Virus record (IMG/VR): IMGVR_UViG_3300045482_000112
Coordinates: 4,328-68,327 of that record
From: a virus
Direction: 5' to 3' (one strand)
DNA length: 64,000 nt
The notes beneath the pieces are model-generated. The model was not told the DNA's origin, ran no database searches, and saw only the letters and a list, made by a program, of their open reading frames with translations. The position numbers were made by a program, and so were the translations under genes. Below are positions 39,111 to 46,440 of this stretch, in pieces; position 1 is the stretch's first letter; each line of letters begins with the position of its first letter.

Positions 39111-39310
39111 CTGGGTCGTAGCCCCAGGGCTTTGATGCGCGACTAGCACGGTCCGTCTGCCGTGTCAAGGCCCCCTCCCCGCTACCTGGGGGCCTCCTCC
39201 CCGCTAGCGCGGGTCCCCTCCCCCAGCGGGTCCCCTCCTTGACACGGTTCGCTTCGCCAGCCGTCCCGTGCTGGGCAGTCGCCAAAGCCCTGGGTCTACT
39301 ACTGACCCAG
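39111..39310. promoter_or_regulatory. 200-nt fold-back hairpin upstream of RNAP gene
   Basis: Nested inverted repeats CTGGGTC/GACCCAG, CCCAGGGCTTTG/CAAAGCCCTGGG, GCGACT/AGTCGC, AGCACGG/CCGTGCT, CCGTGTCAAGG/CCTTGACACGG. Confidence 0.75.
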
Positions 39311-39323
39311 GCAAGGAGTTGTT

Positions 39324-41477
39324 ATGCTAAGCATAGAGAAATTCAAGGAAACAATTAAGGAAAAGAAGGAGCACCTCACAGAAGCCCGTAAAGTATACAC
39401 GGGCTCGTTTTCAGAGAGAGGATGGGAGAGGGACTCGTTCGCTCTCCTTTTCAATAATGACGTAAAAATCGAGGACGTAGTGGTAGGGAAGGAGCCTGCC
39501 ACTGTTTTAGACAACATGGAATTCGTGGGGGGCAACTCCCACCGGGTGGTGTACATGGACCTGAAAGGGTTCATGGCCAAATACCCCATCCTTGGAAAAT
39601 GGTGGGGGGAGAAAGGAGACTCCCACCTCCTGGCCAGTATGTTTTTAAGGCCAGGAAAGTTATTCCAGGGGGAAGGGTATATTTCCCTGCCCCCAAAAAA
39701 CAATAAGGAGGTCAATGATGGCCTCCTGATGACCCTGAGCCGTAAAGAATGGGGTCGTTTGGTAGAGGGGTTTGAACTGCCCCTCGAGACCGCCCTAGTT
39801 CAGGGGACGGTGTTTAGTCCCCAGGACGGAATTGTTGGAAAGGGCACCATCCGGGTGGTACTGCCCGGTGAGAAGCCCCAAACTTTTGTGGGGAGCTGGA
39901 AGTCCCTGCCCGAGGAGGTAGGGTCGCTGCTATTTTCCAGTATTTCGGTGCTGGAAACGGACGCCACCTATCGACCCAGGGCGTCTATCAATTTACAGGA
40001 GTACACCTACTGGGCCAGGGCAAGGGGGTACTCCTTGTCTCCATGGGTCTTGGAAGAGGCCCTGGCCGGGGTCAATAAAATTATGGTGGGGGAAAAGTCC
40101 TCCATCTACAACGGGTGGGGGTACCTCTCCCGTCTAGGGATACCCGCCCCCGACTCCATGCTGAAGGAGATGGAGGAGGGCCTGAAGGGAGGGCTATACA
40201 AGGCCCTCACTCGCTGGGAGCTGTCCCGTGCGGCAGGGTGGAGGGGTAAGGTCTCCGGGTCCGAGAAGTTGGCGGACCGGGAGATTCTGATGCCCAAAAG
40301 CTCAGATACCGTGATAGGGGACACGGTATACGCCACCAGAAACCCCGCCCTACCCATCAATGGGTGGGTGAGATACACGGTAGTGGGCCACGTAGGAGGC
40401 AATGTGGCCTATGTAAGTGGGGCGAGCGATAGCAAGTTCGCCCAAGTTTTAGGGGGAGACTTCGACGGGGATGACCTGGTGGTGCTGTACAGGAACCCCG
40501 TGCAGGGCGAATACGAGCCCGTGGTCAACCTCCAGCAGTGGAAGGCCGAGGGAAGGAAGTACGGCACCTCGGCAGAGGACCGGTTGGCCCGCTGGAACAA
40601 GGAGCGGGAAACCAATATCGGGCAGTGGGACATCCTAGCCCGATACTGTGCCGACTTCAATATGCTGAGCGAGGAGCTGGTCCTGCAGTTCTCCAAACTC
40701 ATACAGTTCAGCATCTCTCTGAAGAAGAGAGTGGGAGAACTGGAAGTGCCCAGAGTGGTATACACGGCCATGAAGATGGTGGGTCCCATGAAGGAGCTAT
40801 CGCCCACCTACTTCCTCCGCACCTTCAGGGATAGCACCAAGGAGTCCCGCGAGGCCGGAATGGTCACCCACGCAGAGGCCCTGGCCGAGCTGATGCCCAT
40901 TGTCGAGGCAGTCTCTGATGGGCTCGAGGCAGTCTCGGTGGGGAAAACCCGCTGGGACTTTTCGAGGGCCAGAGAAGTGGCCTTGAAAGTGAGGGACAAC
41001 GACGCCCTCAAGGTGGTCGCAAAAGAGTACCTTGAGAAGTTTGTGGCCCTCAGCACCGCCAAATTCCAGGCTGCAGAGGCCGAGGATGGGGATGTACGGA
41101 GCATCCTCAATCGGGAGCTCAGGTACCTACTGCAAGTAGAAATGCCCGAGTTCATGCTGGGCCTGGAGGAGGAACAGGCCCTGGAGTTCTCCGCCGAATT
41201 GGTCAAGGTGTTCCCCAACAGCATCTTCTGGGTGTTCGCGGTACACCCGGAATTCCTCAGAAGGGTGGCCATGGCTACCTTCGCTGGAGAGAAGGCCATG
41301 TTGGTGGGGGAGCATAGCTTGCAGGAGGGGGATACAGTTATCATCCCCCCCTACACCCGAGAAGTTGAGGTTGGAGGGCAGATGATGAAGCTCTCCAACG
41401 GAGTAATGCTCTGGGAGGAGGTGAAAACCGCCACCGTGGTGAAGGTGTATGCCAAGTCGGTGGTCCTGAAATTCTAA
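39324..41477 (+). CDS. single-subunit double-psi beta-barrel RNA polymerase (YonO/QDE-1/P23-45 gp64-like)
   Basis: LGGDFDGDDL catalytic loop, upstream YATRNPAL and IVGKG; 717 aa; AAGGAG RBS. Confidence 0.8.
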   Translation: MLSIEKFKETIKEKKEHLTEARKVYTGSFSERGWERDSFALLFNNDVKIEDVVVGKEPATVLDNMEFVGGNSHRVVYMDLKGFMAKYPILGKWWGEKGDSHLLASMFLRPGKLFQGEGYISLPPKNNKEVNDGLLMTLSRKEWGRLVEGFELPLETALVQGTVFSPQDGIVGKGTIRVVLPGEKPQTFVGSWKSLPEEVGSLLFSSISVLETDATYRPRASINLQEYTYWARARGYSLSPWVLEEALAGVNKIMVGEKSSIYNGWGYLSRLGIPAPDSMLKEMEEGLKGGLYKALTRWELSRAAGWRGKVSGSEKLADREILMPKSSDTVIGDTVYATRNPALPINGWVRYTVVGHVGGNVAYVSGASDSKFAQVLGGDFDGDDLVVLYRNPVQGEYEPVVNLQQWKAEGRKYGTSAEDRLARWNKERETNIGQWDILARYCADFNMLSEELVLQFSKLIQFSISLKKRVGELEVPRVVYTAMKMVGPMKELSPTYFLRTFRDSTKESREAGMVTHAEALAELMPIVEAVSDGLEAVSVGKTRWDFSRAREVALKVRDNDALKVVAKEYLEKFVALSTAKFQAAEAEDGDVRSILNRELRYLLQVEMPEFMLGLEEEQALEFSAELVKVFPNSIFWVFAVHPEFLRRVAMATFAGEKAMLVGEHSLQEGDTVIIPPYTREVEVGGQMMKLSNGVMLWEEVKTATVVKVYAKSVVLKF

Positions 41478-41578
41478 GAACCCCGGAGTAGAGGCACCTC
41501 CACAGGCTTTGCCGCGTGGGGGATGCCCACCTATTATAAAAAGACCGTCACCTCGCTCGGTTACTTCGGCACCTAAGA

Positions 41579-41604
41579 GGGCCGCTTCGCGGCCCGAATC
41601 GGTG
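41579..41604 (+). repeat. hairpin module A copy 1
   Basis: GGGCCGC-TTC-GCGGCCC-GAATCGGTG. Confidence 0.85.
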
Positions 41605-41654
41605 AGGACAAAAGAGGGAAAAGAAACAGCCCTCTGGCGTCCGAAGGAGGAGTT

Positions 41655-41972
41655 ATGGAATTAAAGAACTTAACCCCCCATGCCCTGGTGGTTGCAGGGC
41701 GAACCATCGAGCCCTCGGGGGTCGTGGCAAGAGTTAGTGTGTCGTTCGAGGATGCCGGGTCCGTGGATGGCATCCCCGTGGTGTCTCAGGTATTCGGGCA
41801 GGTGGAGGGCCTGCCCGAGCCCCAGGAGGGCGTGGCCTTCATCGTCAGCGGTATGGTTCTAGCGACGATAAAGGGCCGGGCGGACGTGTTCGCCCCGGAC
41901 ACCGGCCCCACCGCCATCAGGAACGAGAAGGGCCACATCATCGGGGTGGTCCGTCTCGTGGCAGCGGGGTAG
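41655..41972 (+). CDS. conserved viral hypothetical protein (NLTPH type)
   Basis: NLTPH, PSG..ARV, GLPEP..G...IVS, RADVFAPD; strong RBS. Confidence 0.8.
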   Translation: MELKNLTPHALVVAGRTIEPSGVVARVSVSFEDAGSVDGIPVVSQVFGQVEGLPEPQEGVAFIVSGMVLATIKGRADVFAPDTGPTAIRNEKGHIIGVVRLVAAG

Positions 41973-41977
41973 TTACC

Positions 41978-42235
41978 ATGGTCCCCACCCTGGCCTCCCT
42001 GGGGCGGGCGGTGTTTGTCTGCCGCACGGCCCAGGGATGGGATGTTAGCCCTCATCAGCGGGTATCCCGTAGCAGGCTGCAGGCATTTACTGCCAGCGGC
42101 CAGCTCCGGCTGCTGGATACCCCCACAATAGCCTTCGTCCAGTCGGGGGAGAAGTGGGTGCCCGCAGGCATCTACGACTCCCCCGATGGCCCCATCGCGC
42201 TGGAGCTGCGGCAGGTAGCCGTGGCTTCGGCGTAG
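41978..42235 (+). CDS. hypothetical protein
   Basis: In-operon 85-aa ORF. Confidence 0.6.
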   Translation: MVPTLASLGRAVFVCRTAQGWDVSPHQRVSRSRLQAFTASGQLRLLDTPTIAFVQSGEKWVPAGIYDSPDGPIALELRQVAVASA

Positions 42236-42253
42236 GTAGTAGTAGGAGGACCC

Positions 42254-42403
42254 ATGTATACCAATATAGAAATAGAAGAGCAAGGGGACGGCTGGGTAGT
42301 TTCCCAGGCGTCCAACGGCATTATAATCGGGGTCTACTCCACCTGGGAACAAGCCTGGGCAGTTGCCACCGCAATCGATGCCGAGCTCGGCGTCCCCCAG
42401 TAG
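42254..42403 (+). CDS. 49-aa hypothetical protein (DUF2188-like)
   Basis: AGGAGG RBS; GDGWVV...YSTWEQAWAVA. Confidence 0.65.
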   Translation: MYTNIEIEEQGDGWVVSQASNGIIIGVYSTWEQAWAVATAIDAELGVPQ

Positions 42404-42410
42404 CCCCCAG

Positions 42411-42442
42411 CCCCAGGGTCCAAAAGACTCTGGGGTATTTTT
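42411..42442 (+). terminator. intrinsic terminator
   Basis: CCCCAGGGTC-CAAAA-GACTCTGGGG then TATTTTT. Confidence 0.7.
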
Positions 42443-42629
42443 CTGTACCCCGGCTTGACCGGTGGTACTCCTGGCAAAAGCCACAGGGCCGCATTCGCGG
42501 GGGCTATAACCCCGGCCCTGGCGATGAAGCTGAGCTTTATCGCCCTCGAGGTTCCACAAGAACCGAGAGTGATGGCTTTCTAAACAACAAACCAAGGTTT
42601 TGGTTGTGGGGTACAACTAAAACCTCGAC

Positions 42630-42746
42630 ATGCCTCTGTGAGGGCCTACAAGGGGCCTAGAAGCGCTTACCCCCCCGTCTCCAGTCTTACCCCTACAACC
42701 GGGGGTGGAGGAGCTTCTAGGTACCCTACAGAGGCTTATAGGGGGT
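42630..42746 (+). repeat. ~117-bp long-hairpin repeat copy 1
   Basis: ATGCCTCTGTGAGG...CTAGAAG...CTCCAGT..CTTACCCCTA...CTTCTAGG...CTACAGAG..TTATAGGGGGT shared with 44076. Confidence 0.8.
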
Positions 42747-42808
42747 GTTTACCCTCGAGGTGTCGGCTCGTCCCCAGAGTTCCCTCGAGGGTACCCCGAC
42801 ACTCTGCA

Positions 42809-42834
42809 GGGCCGCTTCGCGGCCCGAACCGGTG
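42809..42834 (+). repeat. hairpin module A copy 2
   Basis: GGGCCGC-TTC-GCGGCCC-GAACCGGTG directly before RBS. Confidence 0.85.
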
Positions 42835-42848
42835 ATAAGGAGGACAGA

Positions 42849-43355
42849 ATGTTATACGTGGTTTTCAACACCGACAAGCCCACTCCCTTCGTAAATATCG
42901 GGGGGGTCCAGTTCGGCCCCCTGGGTACGGGAAAGTACCTGGGGAACGACTGGAGCTACCTGGTTATCCCCGAGGTAGCAGGGCGCTTGCTTTCCGTGCA
43001 GGTGCCTTCCAGGGCCACTGCCAGGGATGCCAGCTTCCACGGCCAGTTCGGGGATGGCGTATATGCCGTCCTCCTGGCCCGGTACAACGGGAGACGGTCC
43101 CCAACCCTGTTCCTCACCGATGAGGCCGACCATGAGCCCATCGGAACCGGAGGGGCCAAGTGCGTCTGGCAGTACGGGGATGGCCACGGTATGAAGTTCG
43201 GGGCCCTCCTCCGGCTGGACCCCGTAGCTCAGGTAAAACTGAGCGTAACGGGGCACCACGACCACGGCTGGGCCCGTCACATCTTCAAATTTCAGGATGG
43301 GGTAGTCTCCCGCATCCCCAGGAATGGGGGCTGGAAGACTCCCCCAGTAATTTAG
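42849..43355 (+). CDS. hypothetical protein
   Basis: AAGGAGG RBS before ATG 42849. Confidence 0.75.
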   Translation: MLYVVFNTDKPTPFVNIGGVQFGPLGTGKYLGNDWSYLVIPEVAGRLLSVQVPSRATARDASFHGQFGDGVYAVLLARYNGRRSPTLFLTDEADHEPIGTGGAKCVWQYGDGHGMKFGALLRLDPVAQVKLSVTGHHDHGWARHIFKFQDGVVSRIPRNGGWKTPPVI

Positions 43356-43363
43356 GGAGAGTT

Positions 43364-43672
43364 ATGCGAATAGACATAAAGGCCACCCTGGCCGCCCTGA
43401 TGGGGATGCCGGGGGAGTTAGTCACTAGGACAAACCCCGCCAGTAGCGCGGTGGGGCCGTCCACCGAGTTTGCCGTCCGGGACCAGGACGGGGAGGACAG
43501 CCTGGAACTCCTCCTCGACTACCTGGTCATCTCCGTATCCTGGGGGTCCATGAGTTTCTGGGACCGCTGGGAGGGGGAGCCCGGAGAACCCCTGCGGTAC
43601 ACGGGAACCGTAGGGGACGCCCACAGAAGACTACCCGCATGGGTGGTCTTCGAGGAAGGGGGTGCGGGTTGA
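43364..43672 (+). CDS. hypothetical protein
   Basis: GGGAG RBS, ATG 43364. Confidence 0.7.
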   Translation: MRIDIKATLAALMGMPGELVTRTNPASSAVGPSTEFAVRDQDGEDSLELLLDYLVISVSWGSMSFWDRWEGEPGEPLRYTGTVGDAHRRLPAWVVFEEGGAG

Positions 43673-43861
43673 TGCCCTCATAGGGTGGTTTGTCGGGTGG
43701 TACTCGAGGCGAGAGTCCTCAGGATGGCTCCCGCTAGGGGGGCTATACCCCGGCCACACCGTGGGGGGATGACCTGCCTCAAAACTTTCCTAGGCAGGTA
43801 CCGCCAGGTAGACGCCATGGGGGTGCTGAAGAGGAGCGAAGCGACTGTTCCCCACCTGAGA

Positions 43862-43887
43862 GGGCCGCGAAGCGGTCCGAACCGGTG
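43862..43887 (+). repeat. hairpin module A copy 3 (GAA loop)
   Basis: GGGCCGC-GAA-GCGGTCC-GAACCGGTG. Confidence 0.8.
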
Positions 43888-44075
43888 ATGAGAAAGAGCA
43901 GAAGGAGCGCGGAGAAGCGCTCCGGGTAGGGACAGCAAAGGTAAACCCAATCCTGCACCTGAGAAAGGAGGTCACCCCATCTATAAAGTGTGCTCCCAGC
44001 CGCAATTCCTATCCAATGAAGGGGGTAGAATCCCCCCAAATCAGGAAATGCGTCCAGGGCATACTAAAATGCCAT

Positions 44076-44193
44076 ATGCCTCTGTGAGGCTCTGTAGGGG
44101 GTCTAGAAGGCTGACCCCCCCCCTCTCCAGTACTTACCCCTAGACCAGGGGGTCGAGGCGCTTCTAGGGGGTCTACAGAGCCTTATAGGGGGT
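44076..44193 (+). repeat. ~118-bp long-hairpin repeat copy 2
   Basis: GGCTCTGTAG/CTACAGAGCC and CTAGAAG/CTTCTAG stems. Confidence 0.8.
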
Positions 44194-44230
44194 AATGACG
44201 GGGGGCGTAGCGACCCGTCGTTGCCCTTGA

Positions 44231-44254
44231 GGTTCCGAAGGAACCGAACGGGTG
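44231..44254 (+). repeat. hairpin module A copy 4 (compensatory stem)
   Basis: GGTTCC-GAA-GGAACC-GAACGGGTG. Confidence 0.7.
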
Positions 44255-44723
44255 TTTAGGGGTAGCATGTCGGGAAGGTTGGCCGAATGCCCCCCACCCC
44301 AGAGAAGAGGGGGTGACCTCCGGGTTAAAAACTTTCCTGGGCATGTACCGCCGTATAGACGCCATGGGGACCCTACAGACGCCGAGCTAAGGCCCCATCC
44401 AGAGCCCGGAGGCCCCCCCGCCGCAGGGCTCGGGATGCCGGGGGGACTAAAAACTTTACGGAGCGTGTACCGCCCGGCAGGCCACAGGGGGTAACTCCCC
44501 TCAGCCGTGTTGCAGAAAGGAGGCATGGTATACTGGGCAGTACCAGCCCATTTAGTCTGACTCCATAGCCCCCCTCCCATGACAAGTCGCTTCGCTCCTT
44601 GTCTGGGCGGGAGGGGGGTTGGGGGGTGGGAAATGTAACGACTCACCCTAGAGATTCCTTGGGCCGAGTGAGGAATATGCGGTGCAGGACGTAGGGGAGG
44701 CATGTACCGGTGCCACGCAACAT

Positions 44724-44752
44724 CGACCCCTAACGACCCCTAACGACCCCTA
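44724..44752. repeat. 3x10-bp tandem repeat
   Basis: CGACCCCTAA-CGACCCCTAA-CGACCCCTA. Confidence 0.85.
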
Positions 44753-45191
44753 TCCACCCTTTCTCCCCCTTCCCGACCCTCCCCCCTTATCCCCCTCACC
44801 CGTCACTAACCTCGTCCAGGACGAGGTTTCTCTCCTACGGAGGAGATGTCCACAGGACTATACTCAGTACAATTCCAGTTAGGTAAACGGCTACACCACA
44901 GTCTTTTTACTTAACTGAGCATGTACCGCCAGTCCTGCTACCGACATTTCCTCCCTCACCATTCCTACCCTGTGTCTGGGACACACTTCCCCCTCGTCTT
45001 GAAGGGAGCTTCTGCTATTCTCCTTTCTCTTCTAGTACAAAGGACTGGGAGGGAAAAGGTGTATCCAGAGAGAGAAAGGGTTAACTCCATGTCCTTCACC
45101 CTAATACATGTCTTTTACTAGTAGGCATGTACGGGGTCATTGTCTTTTACCCTTAACTCCACGTCCTCTACCAGTAAAGAACAAGGAGAAA

Positions 45192-45278
45192 GGTAAGGAA
45201 CGTAGAGAGATAGTAGAAAGGACTGGGAGATAAAGGGTAAGGGACGTAGAGAGACAGTAGAAAGGACTGGGAGATAAA
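45192..45278. repeat. 2x44-bp purine-rich tandem repeat
   Basis: GGTAAGGRACGTAGAGAGAYAGTAGAAAGGACTGGGAGATAAA twice; AAAGGACTGGGAG also at 45039. Confidence 0.85.
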
Positions 45279-45402
45279 CAATAGAGAACAGAGAGGAGAT
45301 TAGGATTTTTGCTACCCTAGCCCAAGTACCCCCCTGTGTACAATGAGAGAAGCCCCGCGATGTGCCCGCATCCGGGGCTTTGCCATTCCTTGAAAGGAGT
45401 GT

Positions 45403-45963
45403 ATGAAGCTCGGGAACACCCCAAACAAAACCGTGGTTGTGTACCGCCTGTACCCCACAAAGGAGCAAGAAAGTACCCTGCTGCTCACACTAGACCTAAC
45501 GTGGAAGCTATACAACATCGCCCTGACGGAACGGAAGGAAGCCTGGAAACGACACAAGAAGAACCTATCCGCATACGACCAGATGTATGCCTTACCCTAC
45601 CTCAAGAAGACAAGACCCGAGTTCCAAAAGGTCTACGCTCAGGTGCTCCAGCAAACCCTTATCCAGGTGGAACAAACGTTCAACAGATTCTTCGCAAAAG
45701 TCCGCCTGAAAGAGAAGGCAACCTATCCCCAGGTTGTAGAAAGAGGGGAGTGGACTAGCTTCACCTTTCCGCAAGTCGTGGTGGGTACAAAATGGCAAGG
45801 TCCAGGTAAGTTACGAGAAAACGGTACCGTCAAAATTCCCAAGATAGGAGACGTTCGGATAGACGTGCACCGTCCCCTTGAAGGGACACCTAAAGCCCTC
45901 ACCATCAGTTACCAGAACGAGCAATGGTACGCACTGTACTCCTGTGACGTACCACCAACCTGA
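45403..45963 (+). CDS. TnpB N-terminal (WED/REC) protein lacking RuvC
   Basis: YRLYPTKEQ, LYNIAL.ER, VYAQVLQQ, FNRFF, SFTFPQ, KIPKIG, HRPLEG..K..TI..WY; ends before RuvC-I. Confidence 0.85.
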   Translation: MKLGNTPNKTVVVYRLYPTKEQESTLLLTLDLTWKLYNIALTERKEAWKRHKKNLSAYDQMYALPYLKKTRPEFQKVYAQVLQQTLIQVEQTFNRFFAKVRLKEKATYPQVVERGEWTSFTFPQVVVGTKWQGPGKLRENGTVKIPKIGDVRIDVHRPLEGTPKALTISYQNEQWYALYSCDVPPT

Positions 45964-45982
45964 GCCCACAATAACCACAGCA

Positions 45983-46022
45983 ACCCACCCAGAAAGACAC
46001 TCCATGTCCGACTGGGTGGGTT
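45983..46022 (+). terminator. hairpin after truncated tnpB
   Basis: ACCCACCCAG...CTGGGTGGGT then TCTCTT. Confidence 0.5.
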
Positions 46023-46029
46023 CTCTTGT

Positions 46030-46114
46030 GCCGCTTCGCGGCTAGACCGGTGATGAAGGGAAGCGTAGCGACCCGTCATTACCTATGAGGGCCGCTTCGC
46101 GGCCCGAACCGGTG
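46030..46114 (+). repeat. hairpin module A copies 5 and 6 joined by hairpin B
   Basis: GCCGC-TTC-GCGGC-TAGACC-GGTGATGAAGGG..GCGTAGCGA..CCCGTCATTACC-TATGA-GGGCCGC-TTC-GCGGCCC-GAACCGGTG. Confidence 0.85.
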
Positions 46115-46145
46115 GGGAGTAAACAACCCACCCAAGGAGGCAGTC

Positions 46146-46370
46146 ATGTTTGAAGTCTACGGCACCATTACCTACTACACCAACACGTTCGACAACCATA
46201 CCCGTCAAAAGTACATCATCCAGAAGTTTTCCTCCAGGACGAATGCCGAACGGTACCGCCGTCTCATGGACGATACCAACCCGGACACTGACCTGGCCAT
46301 CCGCTCCGTACCCAACTTCCCCCGCCGCCCGGTAGTAAGACGCATCCGGGTAGCATCCGCCGCCCACTAG
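46146..46370 (+). CDS. hypothetical protein
   Basis: AAGGAGG RBS. Confidence 0.7.
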   Translation: MFEVYGTITYYTNTFDNHTRQKYIIQKFSSRTNAERYRRLMDDTNPDTDLAIRSVPNFPRRPVVRRIRVASAAH

Positions 46371-46440
46371 CCACGGAAGCAAGTACACACTTCCACCACC
46401 CCACAGCCCAGGCGCAGGGTTATGCGTCGTAGGAGTTTCT

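Larger units (their letters stand above)
43781..44490 (+). repeat. ~42-bp repeat, three copies (43781, 44328, 44450)
   Basis: AAAACTTT.C...GC..GTACCGCC...AG.C..CA.GGGG. Confidence 0.8.

Noticed and set aside
38310-39285. Pro/Arg-rich ORFs across the repeat tract
   Set aside because: Low-complexity translations of DNA repeats without RBS
41493-41527. Hairpin resembling an IS605 end or omega-RNA 3' stem (CCTCCACAGGCTTTGCCGCGTGGGGG)
   Set aside because: Loose similarity only and 4 kb from the tnpB fragment; more simply a hairpin ending the RNAP transcript
43673-45400. CRISPR or TIGR-type guide array
   Set aside because: Repeats are irregularly spaced, belong to several families and have no constant-length spacers; no cas or Nop-domain gene seen
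45403-45963. Active IS200/IS605 element
   Set aside because: No RuvC, no tnpA and no clear paired ends
41571-46114. Module A as a hammerhead ribozyme (CU..GA-stem-GAA)
   Set aside because: Core is one base short of CUGANGA and varies (CTAAGA, CTATGA, CTGAGA, CTTGA); GAAA is GAAC/GAAT; no stem III with an NUH site
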